Assembly (NCBI GenBank): GCA_973895155.1 | Contig: OZ316894.1 | Coordinates: 3,682,944-3,746,943 of the forward strand | Length of the DNA: 64,000 nt | Direction of reading: 5' to 3' | From: Marsupella aquatica | Lineage: Eukaryota; Plantae; Marchantiophyta | Shown: in pieces, positions 11,900 through 21,721 of the stretch | How positions within the stretch are numbered: the stretch's first letter is position 1 | How the letters are laid out: every line of letters starts with the position of its first letter | Program-made: the position numbers and the translations under genes | Notes under the pieces: generated by a model | Seen by the model: the letters and a program-made list of their open reading frames with translations, nothing else | Database searches by the model: none | What the model was told of the DNA's origin: nothing

Positions 11900-13250
11900 T
11901 AGTTTCATGAGCAATGATCTATAAAATGTGTTGCAGACCCTTTTTCCAGAGATCATGTTTGGAGGGTTTGGGGTATTTAATGTCTTGATTGAACAAGAAG
12001 GTATCAACCCGTAGGCACCCATCTCTCTACCAAACAGCAGCGCCATAGGTGCACACAATTAGCCCAACCATTAGGGAGTTTAGCAAGCTGGTGAGGTGCC
12101 CATGCATCCACGTTTTGTGGGTCCAACAAGCTTCCCAACCCTCTGGCCTTTCACACTCGCTAGAGCAGACGTTGATTGGTCTTCGCGGAGTGTGTCCCGC
12201 TTACAGAGATTGCCAGCCTCGGGAGGAAAAACTCTGGGCCACAACCTTGGGTTGCGCAGACCGGGGCGACTTGGGGGTTAAAAAACTGGGTCCTTTGGCT
12301 GGTCCCATCATACTTGCTCCTGGCTGGGCCCAAATGGACCAGTGGGAGTGCTCCAATAGGCCAGGCAGCCTCACTAAGGACACAATAAGCTCACGAGCTC
12401 CTTCCAGCCCCCAGTGAATCTATGGCGAAGCTTTATTGGGATGGGAAGCAATACCGTAGACACAAGTGCATGACTAAAGTGTTGGGTGCAATCTTACAAT
12501 ATTCGAGGAGCCCCGCTGCTTCCTCTGCACCCACATATCAACTCGACCCTGAAGCTCATGATCACATGTTTCTCTTTTGTTGTGGCGATGATGAAGTCCT
12601 CCAAAAGATGGGATGTCATTGGGGCTCTGCCCTCTCTCTCTCTCCCCCCTTCTCTCTCTCTCTCACACCCTCTCACCTCTCTCATCCCTCATTGAGGTGA
12701 GCTGCCTACTGCATGACTGATGCCTAGACCCCAAAGAAACACCCAAATATTAGGCTAAAAGAAGATCTATCTCCCTCCCTTTTATGAAGGGTCTCTGATC
12801 AAAAGGAATTTCTCTGCAAACGTCTGACCTGACGTTCTCTCTCTCTAGAAAAGAGGAGGGACTCCCTCTCTCTCTTCTCTCCAACGCTTTGGGCCCCATT
12901 CCTTCCAACCTGTCATGCCAGGTCAATTACCTACATTTTGGTCTTGACTAGCTGCCTGATCATGATCATGGACGGCCAACCTAGCTTTCTAAATATGAAC
13001 GGGGTGTTGGGTTGGACACTTGGATGGGGATTGATCCTGTCAAGCTCATTATGGGTTGAAACGTAACCACATCTCTCTGGGTTAAGTGTGTTGTTCCCAC
13101 CGTCCATCATGACAATTGATCTACCAGATATTGTTAGATACCACTGTAGCTCAAACCCAAGCAAAGAAACTATTGGAAGAATTTCCAATATCTTTAAAAC
13201 AATCATTACTTCTAATTGATGTAGCAGGTATTGTTAAACACCAGCTGAAA
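11900..13250. mobile_element. Highly decayed L1-type LINE fragments
   Basis: On +, PEAHDHMFLFC (~12550-12580) resembles the L1 C-terminal E...HLF..C knuckle. On -, IFRKLGWPSMIMIRQLVK (~12950-13000) resembles L1 RT region 'L.KLGF...I..I'. No long ORF remains. Confidence 0.35.
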
Positions 13251-14819
13251 CCAAGGAAAAGTATAGTTTACTTTTGCTTGCAGAAGGCAGACATTGGTAG
13301 AGGGCTGCTGGCTCAATCTTGGCTGTTGAATGTTCTTTCAATTGCCTGTTATCTATATATTTGTGTTGATTGAAATACATGTCCAGTTTCCTCTATCTAA
13401 ACATGCTCTCCAATATATTCAAGTGAACAAAAATGCACATGTTGTAGTGGTTGGCTGAAATAGTTATCATGTCAACTGAATACAATAGTGTTTTATCTTG
13501 GGAGGTCTCGTTTAGTTAAATATTAGAGTCCCAGTCAGTGAATGAATGTCAGGCAAAGTAGAGTTATTGACGTCTTTACTTTTATGCAGTCCTCCCCCCC
13601 CCCCCAAACCACACACACACCCAACTTACTATCAGGTTCTGGTGTCTCTACTTGAACCCATAATTCATTTTCGTAAATCGAGCAAGGTAAGAAAACATGA
13701 GACAACTTACTATGCAAAAGGATGCAATCAGGTCCTGAGAAATTAAAAGCGATAGAGCACAGCTCTACAGTAGCTCCCCACTTTTCTGTAAAGACTCCCA
13801 GCAGGGTGCTTTAATAAGACTCAAAAGGGAGCGTTTCCTTTCTCTAAAGATTTTCAGTTTGAGGATCAAAATTAAAGGCACTACCACCTTCAAAGAAACA
13901 TGTTCTAGCTCAGGGAACATAATCAGTAAAAGGCAAATTCTCCATGAGTGTGACGTCATTTTTCCAAGGCATTTTAATTATTTATAGTGGTCCTGCATGA
14001 GCCTTTATGTCAAGCCTTTAAGACTTCCATATTTTTCCATGCCACTTTTCTCCTTAAAACATCAGTCAATGCTTAAGGTGCAGTATCGACTGTTTGTGTG
14101 CACATTGAAAATTTAATTTCCAGATATCAAAATGTACTCGAGGTATCTTCATGTGCGAATCTTCTCAATGTAACCAACAATTGAACCGACCAAGTTCTAT
14201 TAGGCTCAAGACTTAATTTGGTTTGCGTGCCATAGGCTTTAGGCAAGAGTGTTTGTGGTGCACAATAGAATTTGTGTCTCTTTCATGCCAAAAATTTGTG
14301 CTTGCATGGAACGTCAAGTCTGTGCATTTTAATGTGGATTGGAACCCTGGATTAAAAGCTTGGATGTGCATGCCAAGTTTTGCAATGAGGTGACCAGCTA
14401 TGTGAGAGATTGAAGGGGAGACTCAGGGGGGGTGGGCAGGGGGCGGCAAGAGACCAACGAGACAAGGTCCCTGCCAGTGACATACTTTACAGACTTGGCG
14501 TTGTTTTGTATTAGGGTTTATAATCTGGTCAGAAAGGTGTGATTGTTATGGGTGGTTCCATGCCACATTTTTTTCTTGTCACTTTAATGATCACACTTAA
14601 TCAGAAGGAACCCACTTAGCATATTGTCTATCTTTACTCCTAGACCTTAAGCTTCCATTTTACACAATTTATCATTGGTATGATGATAATCTCGATGACA
14701 AACGTATTTATTGAGATGAAATGCAAGGAGGCCCAAAGTGATGGTGTAGAAGAAGTGACTCTACTATTCCATAAGATCAAATTTTGTCTTATGACTAACA
14801 AAAGTTCCAAAAAGGAAAT

Positions 14820-14995
14820 TAAAAATATCATATTGTCAAAAGAACCACAAGTGCCAAATCTGGAGACAAGATCCCAAAGACAGAAACCCCAAGAAGGGAG
14901 AGAAAACAAGGGGAAAATTCAGAAAGACCAAAGAGCCAAACTGCCATAGAGTCTCCAGACCCTCTCCTACAACAACAATGAAACTACACCCTAGC
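14820..14995 (-). mobile_element. CRE-like retrotransposon 3'-UTR remnant
   Basis: The reverse complement CCCTTCTTGGGGTTTCTGTCTTTGGGATCTTGTCTCCAGATTTGGCAC aligns with the 3' UTR at 50490-50545. Confidence 0.6.
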
Positions 14996-15024
14996 TAGAA
15001 ATTGAAGCTTGAAACAACATTGCA

Positions 15025-15850
15025 ATTGGTGCTTGTGTACCAGGCCATGCTGTAGCCAAGACCACTCTACTCATGGAGGAGGTGTATGCTGCTCGCTACC
15101 TTGGGGATCTTTTCTACCCACTAGGTGGTCTTGGTTGCTCTTCATTTCATCTTCGACCATTTTCTTTGGGCTTGTGCCTTTTTTTGAGTAGAGCAAAGAC
15201 CTTATCTACTAGTTTCAGTCCTCATTGCCTTGTGTTGGGGATAATTATTATCCTGAGACACCATATACATGCATATAAACATCATACAAAGTAGTCGACA
15301 CAGCGAGTATGTGTTCACCTCCCGACTGAGGCTACGTCCACTGGAAAGCAAGAGACCTTTACTTCTCTCTTGCTCCACTCCAACAATGAATTGAAGATCC
15401 ACCAGGGGTTGACATCAGCCTTGGTTATATACAACATGCATCACTGCTAACCTCAACTAAGTCCTAACCTGAGTTAGCCTAACTGCGGTTAGCCTTAGAG
15501 TCACAAGACTAAGAGCAATACTCAATAAGTTACACTACAATGGGTTCAGGCATTCCCTATTATTTGTTGGGCCAAGGTGGTTGGTTTTAGGGTCTCTAAT
15601 CAAATTCCTCTTGGTGACCCTCATTTTTTCCTTTTTTGAAATTATATGAGGACCTCTTGGTGACCCTCCTCTGGTTTATACCAAAGCTCTACCAGAATTT
15701 TCAGTTTGTTGCTAGATTAGTTCGTTTGCTGTTGTTGGGGACTCTCACTCTTCTTGGGTTTTCCATTGTTTCCCCCTTTTATTGATGTTTCTTCCTTTGG
15801 GATCCTTTTCCCAATTTGACACTTTTTTGTTTTTGGACACTGTTACATAT
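15025..15850 (+). mobile_element. Decayed CRE-like retrotransposon 3' portion (RLE-coding remnant + 3' UTR), interrupted at ~15200-15560
   Basis: EEVYAARYLGDLFYPL (15076 onward) matches EEAYAVRYPRDLFYPF of the 49049-50437 ORF. 15585-15850 parallels 50345-50565 (ORF end and 3' UTR). Confidence 0.7.
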
Positions 15851-17410
15851 GTGGAACAAACATTGAGTTGTGTTGACTTGTCCTCTTAATGTACAATCAT
15901 ATCTGGCAATGTACTTCTCTTCTTTATTACTAATCTTCTTTATACAGGAAAGGGCATGTATGAACCTGGTCGTGAATCAAAAGAGTAGAATCTATAAGGG
16001 AATCTGTAAAACAAATCAATCATCGGACTTTCTTGAGTTTTGTGTTAAGATAAAACAAGAATGTAATAGGGAAGTAGAGGAAAGAAATGAAAATTAAAAC
16101 AGGGGGGCATACATAGCCCAAGAGACAAATGAGGGTGATTACAATCCAGGTTAATTAAATCAGGATCAGAAATCATTGGCACGAGAAATTCGTACATAGC
16201 ACCATGCAGTCTTTCGTATCTTTCTTTTCCCCATCCCTAATCAGCAGTCTCGAAAGAAACACCCAAGAAATAATCCAAAAGATACGTCGATATCCACGAA
16301 TATGAAAGAATCCATAGTTTCCCCCAAGAAAACAACTGAAATCTCTCTCTGGAAGAAGGGACATGAAGGATCCCTCATCACCTGGGATGCTCTGATTTGT
16401 AAAATGTGGAGTTTCTTTCGTGCCCACACCACCACCTGCCTCGAAAGACACAACCAAATAAAGATCTTTCTAAATCTAATCTAATGGGATAAATTAAAGT
16501 CCTCAGTCCTACTTCTTAAGTATAGGAGCTCCTTCACTCTCTCTCTTCAAAAATGTCTCGAAAACACAAAACAAATGTTTTCTTTCTCCCTTGTGTGAGT
16601 CCTTCACACAAGGTGAGTTTTAAGGGCTATTTCAAAAAGTGGAATTGGGCTCAAATGGTACCACCCTTTTGGCTTGGAATCAAGGTCTTTAAGGACAAGT
16701 GGTTGTCAGCATGTGGAATGGAGCTACACTAGCTGCTAAGAGAATATGAGAAGACGGTCTAGTGGACGCCATTGATTCCTTTACTGAATTTATGTCAACT
16801 CACAGACTACTGTTGAGACTAACTAATAATTCAATCTCTAGGACAAAATTTTAGACAGTATTTGTGAAACTCGGGAAATTTTTGACATTGCATATCATAG
16901 GAATCTGCTTTATCAATACATAAATAGATATACACATATATCAATAAAAGTGATGAATATAGAGGAGTTATTGACAACATTGCACTGTAAAATGGAAATA
17001 GTTAACTTATCTCTCAATGCGAGAACCTCCTAGTGACCTGATCATCCCGAATGTATTTAGCGTCAGTTTTTTCTCAGCAGTAAACTAAATGGTGCAATTT
17101 GCATAGTTGGGTGGCAGCCCACCCATTTTGGCTTTGGGTGGGCTTTGAGACCAAGCCATTGATTGGCAAACATTGCAAGTATCTTGGGATTGCCTAGTTA
17201 ACTACCACAACTTTTTAAAAATTAAAGAGAAAAACTGCCCACCACAAATTCAAAGAAACAACTACCTCTGTCATAATGAGGGAAAAGATCAGAAGGGCTT
17301 GGGAAGGATAAGTGGGGTTGAATTTGAGGTGTCCACTAAATAAAAGGACGTAAGATAATGGACAATGGATAAATGGTTTATTTTTATTGGACACCTCTAA
17401 TTAACAGGTC

Positions 17411-17429
17411 TAAACCCTAAACCCTAAAC
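17411..17429 (-). repeat. Short interstitial plant telomeric repeat / telo-box (TAAACCC)n
   Basis: TAAACCCTAAACCCTAAAC. Similar short copies occur at ~403-418 and ~21803-21816. Confidence 0.6.
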
Positions 17430-18854
17430 TTCAAGAGAATTAAAGTTGGGGTTGCAGATGTGGACTACCTCCTGCCATTCCTTTTCTATCAGCCCTCCAA
17501 AAGTAACACGTAGAAAAGGATGTCAGCCTTCTCCATATTACATGTCCTTGCTTAATGTCCATTCGTTTATCAAGATCCACGGCTCAGATTCACACATACC
17601 TAGTCCATCTTTCTCTTGGGGTCCCCCCAAACCTAAGTAATCAAGTGATTCTACTAAAGGGAGTATCATCCTCGGCTGACTCAGCTGAGTGTGCAAACGA
17701 TTATCAGCTTTACAGGCCTATTAAAGGGTGCCATAAAATCCGAGGTACTAGAAGTATCTAGAGTAAGTTGGCCTCCCTCTAAAACGAGGAAAAGTTGCTA
17801 AATCGGGAGTAATGATGATTCCTGCCTATCAACATTTTGGGAAGGGTACTGCATCACACTCGAGTAGTAGGTGTTTCAAAAGATTAATAGAAGAGTCTCA
17901 TGCTACCGACGAAAGAGTCAGAGCTCTCTTTCTAACTGTCCTCCTGTGGAATTTGTGGACTTTAGAGCCCTGAAAAGCCAACTCACTCATGCCTTCTTTT
18001 CCAGTTTCCACCATACGTGCATGCGTGATGGGCCATGGAATGTCAGCTTGGACTAATCCTCCCTTCCCACCAAAAAGCCATCCCAAAAGAGCTCCTCTTG
18101 CAAAACTAACTTAGCTGAGGTGATCCGAGCTACTTAGACAACCATGATGCAACCTCCCCCCCCCCCCCTTTTTTTGGGGAGGGGAGGGGTGGGGTCAGTT
18201 CTCTTATTTTGGCCCATGAGAGGTTTCCTTTAGTAGAATATTGGGAGGGTTGTCCCCTGCTCAGACTCCTGAGCCAGGTGCACTGCTGGGGTTTCCCTCT
18301 TTTCTTTTCCAACCACAATAATAAAAACCAGTGTCAAACCCAAAACTTGGCAACTACTGTACATCAATATACTTCCCTTTGAACAATACTTTCATTCAAA
18401 CAATGAGTGACTGAAAACACAGAAAAGGCACACAAGAAGTGTTACTTTGGAGTTGAGTTAATTTGAGGCTGCAATAGATCTAATTCAGTGTTTTTTTTAG
18501 TGGCGAAAATTCGCTAGATTCCACCTCCCCAAAAATCCTTCGCCACTTTTGGCTAAAATTTGCTACTTTTTTGCTGTCTCATTAGCCAGTGTTCCACCTA
18601 ATCCCAGGTCCCTTTAGCCAGAATCTAACGGTCCACCTTAAATCTAGGGAGATCTGACGGTCAAGAACATAATTGAATACAGAATCTTTTGAGCATCTTC
18701 TCCTTGACACACTTTACATTAGCCACTGTAAACGGTAACATTACACCGGTTAAATTATAGTCCTTTAGTCTTAGAAGCGTCAGCCAGAAGTTAATCCAGG
18801 GTATTTAGGGAGCAGCACGCAAGGACCGGTAGCAGTTCATTGCATCCTGTTAGA

Positions 18855-19463
18855 ATGGCGGAAAGGCTAGAATTAGGAGAGGCGACGATCATCGCGATTA
18901 GTGGCCGGATAGGAGTAGAGTTCTGTTATGAAGGTTGCGATGGCTTTCTAGCAGATGGCAAGGTCTGTGCCTTAGGCACAAGGGCTCGACAGAAAAGACA
19001 AGAGGGGACCGACATGGGAACCCCTATTAGCCGAAATCGAGTAGGGCATAGGTGTAAACCGCTAGGCGAAGGAGTGCTTATGTTTATGTTCACCATTCGG
19101 GTGAAAGAAGGGAGCTGTCGTGTCTGGGATGAGGCCGGGCAACAATTGTTTGGAATGAAGGGCGAAGAGTTTTGTCAGCAATTCACGACCAGCAGGGCCA
19201 TTGAGGGATTCTGCAGAAATGTCATGCGGAAGAAGTGGAATCTGGTACTAAGGCGGGATAACAACCGCGATCAATGGATTGCATGGCGATTAATCACCGC
19301 CGGTCAAGTAATCGTCGCCAACAAAGCGACTACCGCTAAGGAAGGGGACGATAACCTAAATGTCGTTTCACACTTAGCAGAATTGGCGATCGAAAGTCCG
19401 GAAGCTTCCAGTTCAGGCACCATCAAAGAAGAGAATCAAGGGCGTCGTTGCACAGTTCAGTAA
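18855..19463 (+). CDS. Putative OB-fold ssDNA-binding protein resembling the RPA1/RPA70 C-terminal domain (DBD-C with Zn ribbon), inside the TIR element
   Basis: 202-aa ORF from ATG 18855. The motif order ATIIAI...FCYEGC...VC...HRC...FMFTIRV.EGSCRVWDEAGQQLFGMKGEEF...KKWNLVLR parallels RPA1-C (ATI..I, Y.AC, C..C, Y.L...I.D.TG..W...F.E.A..LLG..A.EL). A possible 63-nt intron (19460-19522) would extend the protein to TAG 19613. Confidence 0.6.
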   Translation: MAERLELGEATIIAISGRIGVEFCYEGCDGFLADGKVCALGTRARQKRQEGTDMGTPISRNRVGHRCKPLGEGVLMFMFTIRVKEGSCRVWDEAGQQLFGMKGEEFCQQFTTSRAIEGFCRNVMRKKWNLVLRRDNNRDQWIAWRLITAGQVIVANKATTAKEGDDNLNVVSHLAELAIESPEASSSGTIKEENQGRRCTVQ

Positions 19464-20336
19464 CCACGGGAATCTTCTTGACATGTAAACACGGTTCTTG
19501 GCTCGCTCATCGTTCTTGGCAGGAGACAGTTAGAGTTTCTTGGCAGATTAGCGCAGGAGACCGCGGCTGAAGGGCGAACCGTCCAACTGAAGTCCCCGCG
19601 CCCCGAAAAGTAGTTAGAAACCTCAGCAAAGACGGACGCGAGGCATAGGTATTTAGAGGCTGTGGAGCGCTAGGCGCTCTGTCACTTTTTGCTAGGAGCT
19701 TGGTTGAGAGGTAGAGCCGGACTCACCTCAAGATTACCAGCGTTTTGTATTAGTGTCCCTACTCGGTTTGAGTAGTTTTTGATTATAAAGAGATGTGTAT
19801 GAATGCAATAGAGTGCAGAGGAACTTCGTTACCTTGTGCTTGAGCGGTGAGTAAGAGTCCAGAGTCAACGTTGGAAGAATTAATGAACATTGTGAATCAA
19901 GTCAGAAGAAGCAGTAACTTTGAAAGTCATTCGAAGAAGGAGAGGCATTCGTGATTAATACTGAGAGTCGAGGAGTGCGGTTATGGGAGTTCGCGCGAAG
20001 TACTTGTTAGGAACATGTGTTAAGTCGATTAATCGTAAATCGCTGGGATGAATGGAAATCGTCTCACTACGAGTGAGGACCTTACGGTTTAGCACGTTAA
20101 GGTAGCGATTTAACAGACAGCTCGTGGGAAGCAAGGTCTGGTTGGAGATTGTGTGTATCCAGGATGTGACCTTGGTCGTCGTACACCTTCAACATACAGG
20201 GTCAACCGTTAAATTGGGGTTCCTACTACGGATACCTCTATTTAAATTGCTTGATTTAGCCAAAGACAGATCGATTGCCAGGAAGGCCGATTGAGGGACA
20301 GCAGGACCTAACCCGGTCACTGCTACTATAACAACC

Positions 20337-20657
20337 ATGAATGTAGACAGTAAGGTGGACAAGCCTTGCTCCTTGATTAAGTTAAGACCATTGGAATTGT
20401 GGATCTGTTCCATCGGTTCCCACCTGATTACCCGAGCGTTACGCCAGGAGAGTATTCCCATCTGTTTAATTACTTACCGCTACTGGTGTGGGTTTATCGA
20501 GATCATCTACAGGGAGGGTCTGGTGTTGACTGAAGCAGTCGTGCCCAAGAGGTGGAAGGAAGAGTTAGACATTATAGAGCACTTGGTAGGATTCACTTAC
20601 AGGGACTATATAGAGGAAGAGGGGAGTACCCCGCTAGAAGGTCGGTTGATCGTTTAA
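20337..20657 (+). CDS. Hypothetical 106-aa protein inside the TIR element
   Basis: ATG in good context (ACAACCATGA), intact ORF ending ~107 bp before the end of the element, same strand as the OB-fold ORF. No family recognised. Confidence 0.35.
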   Translation: MNVDSKVDKPCSLIKLRPLELWICSIGSHLITRALRQESIPICLITYRYWCGFIEIIYREGLVLTEAVVPKRWKEELDIIEHLVGFTYRDYIEEEGSTPLEGRLIV

Positions 20658-21471
20658 GCGGGAGATACTGCGAAGAAGGCAGTTAGACGTCCGTTAATCG
20701 CAAGTCAAACTGGGCGTTTAACAGCCACCTTGGCGAAAAAGTGAAATCCTTAAAAAAAACACTGATCTAATTATCCAAGAATGGCAGGACTTGTCTTGCA
20801 CCAGTGGCATCCATGGGCCCTACAAATTGAAATGATTCTCTATCCCTCTCCCACAAAATTGTGGTGCAGAGGCTAGAGAGTAAAATTCTATACCACACCA
20901 GATGCTAACATGTGGCTGTATGCCTGACATTGATTAGTTTTCCAGGGCTCAGACTGTAAGTTTTCTGCCTGGGAGAATTAGCCAATATCCCAGCAGGGAA
21001 AATAAACTTTGCATGGGCTTGGATATGGCTTACATATACCTAGCTCTAGTGCAAGCGGGACCTTGGCTGGGAAGGGCCAATTATTCTGGTTCTGCACTGG
21101 TTACAGGGCATCAATGAGGAGCTCTCCAATGGTTACAGGGTTGATCTACTGTAACGCTTGTGACCAGATCCAGTAGTCTTGTCCAAAAAGTCATTCCTAG
21201 TGGGTTACTAGATTTTTTTTGGTTCTTAGAATGACTAGATTGCCAATGTTTTAGTTCAAAATTGGTTTGTTGCCATATATTATTTATATTATTTACTATT
21301 TTGCCACTCTTTTCCATATCTAGTTAAGGTAACTTATGTATGGTTAACCCATCTCATCCAATGGCCGAGAACACGCAATCAGACAGACCACATCGATCAA
21401 AGCTACCCGCTGAACTCAGTACTCCAGACCACGGCCAAACCCCCCAAAACTATTTCTTCTTTCATGTTTTT

Positions 21472-21721
21472 TTGTTTTCTCAAAGGAAATCTTAGGGTTT
21501 CTGTCAAAAGTTGTCACAGTGGACTGTCCACAAGGGAATTCAGTTTTGGCTGAGTTTTAGACTTGGGTTTGGACTCTGTCTGTGATTCTGGTATGCTTGT
21601 TGCTATACTATCTACGTTGAGCCAAAAACTCAGCCAGGAGTTTAAATCCGTTGCTGACAGTCCAATGTAACAACATCGTAAACATTCAACATGAGCCCTA
21701 ACATTTTCTTTGAGAAAACAA
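21472..21721. mobile_element. Foldback/MITE-like inverted repeat (~90-100-bp arms)
   Basis: Left arm TTGTTTTCTCAAAGGAAATCTTAGGG...GTTGTCACAGTGGACTGTC...TGGCTGAGTTTT pairs with the reverse complement of 21620-21721 (TTGTTTTCTCAAAGAAAATGTTAGGG...GTTGTTACATTGGACTGTC...TGGCTGAGTTTT). Confidence 0.75.

Larger units (their letters stand above)
18486..20764 (+). mobile_element. Non-autonomous hAT-like TIR DNA transposon (2279 bp) carrying cargo ORFs
   Basis: Perfect 14-bp TIRs: CAGTGTTTTTTTTA (18486-18499) and TAAAAAAAACACTG (20751-20764). Identical 8-bp TSD ATCTAATT at 18478-18485 and 20765-20772. Subterminal TGGCGAAAA/TTCGCCA motifs are present. An 8-bp TSD with CAG-starting TIRs is typical of hAT. 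No transposase ORF is recognisable. Confidence 0.9.
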
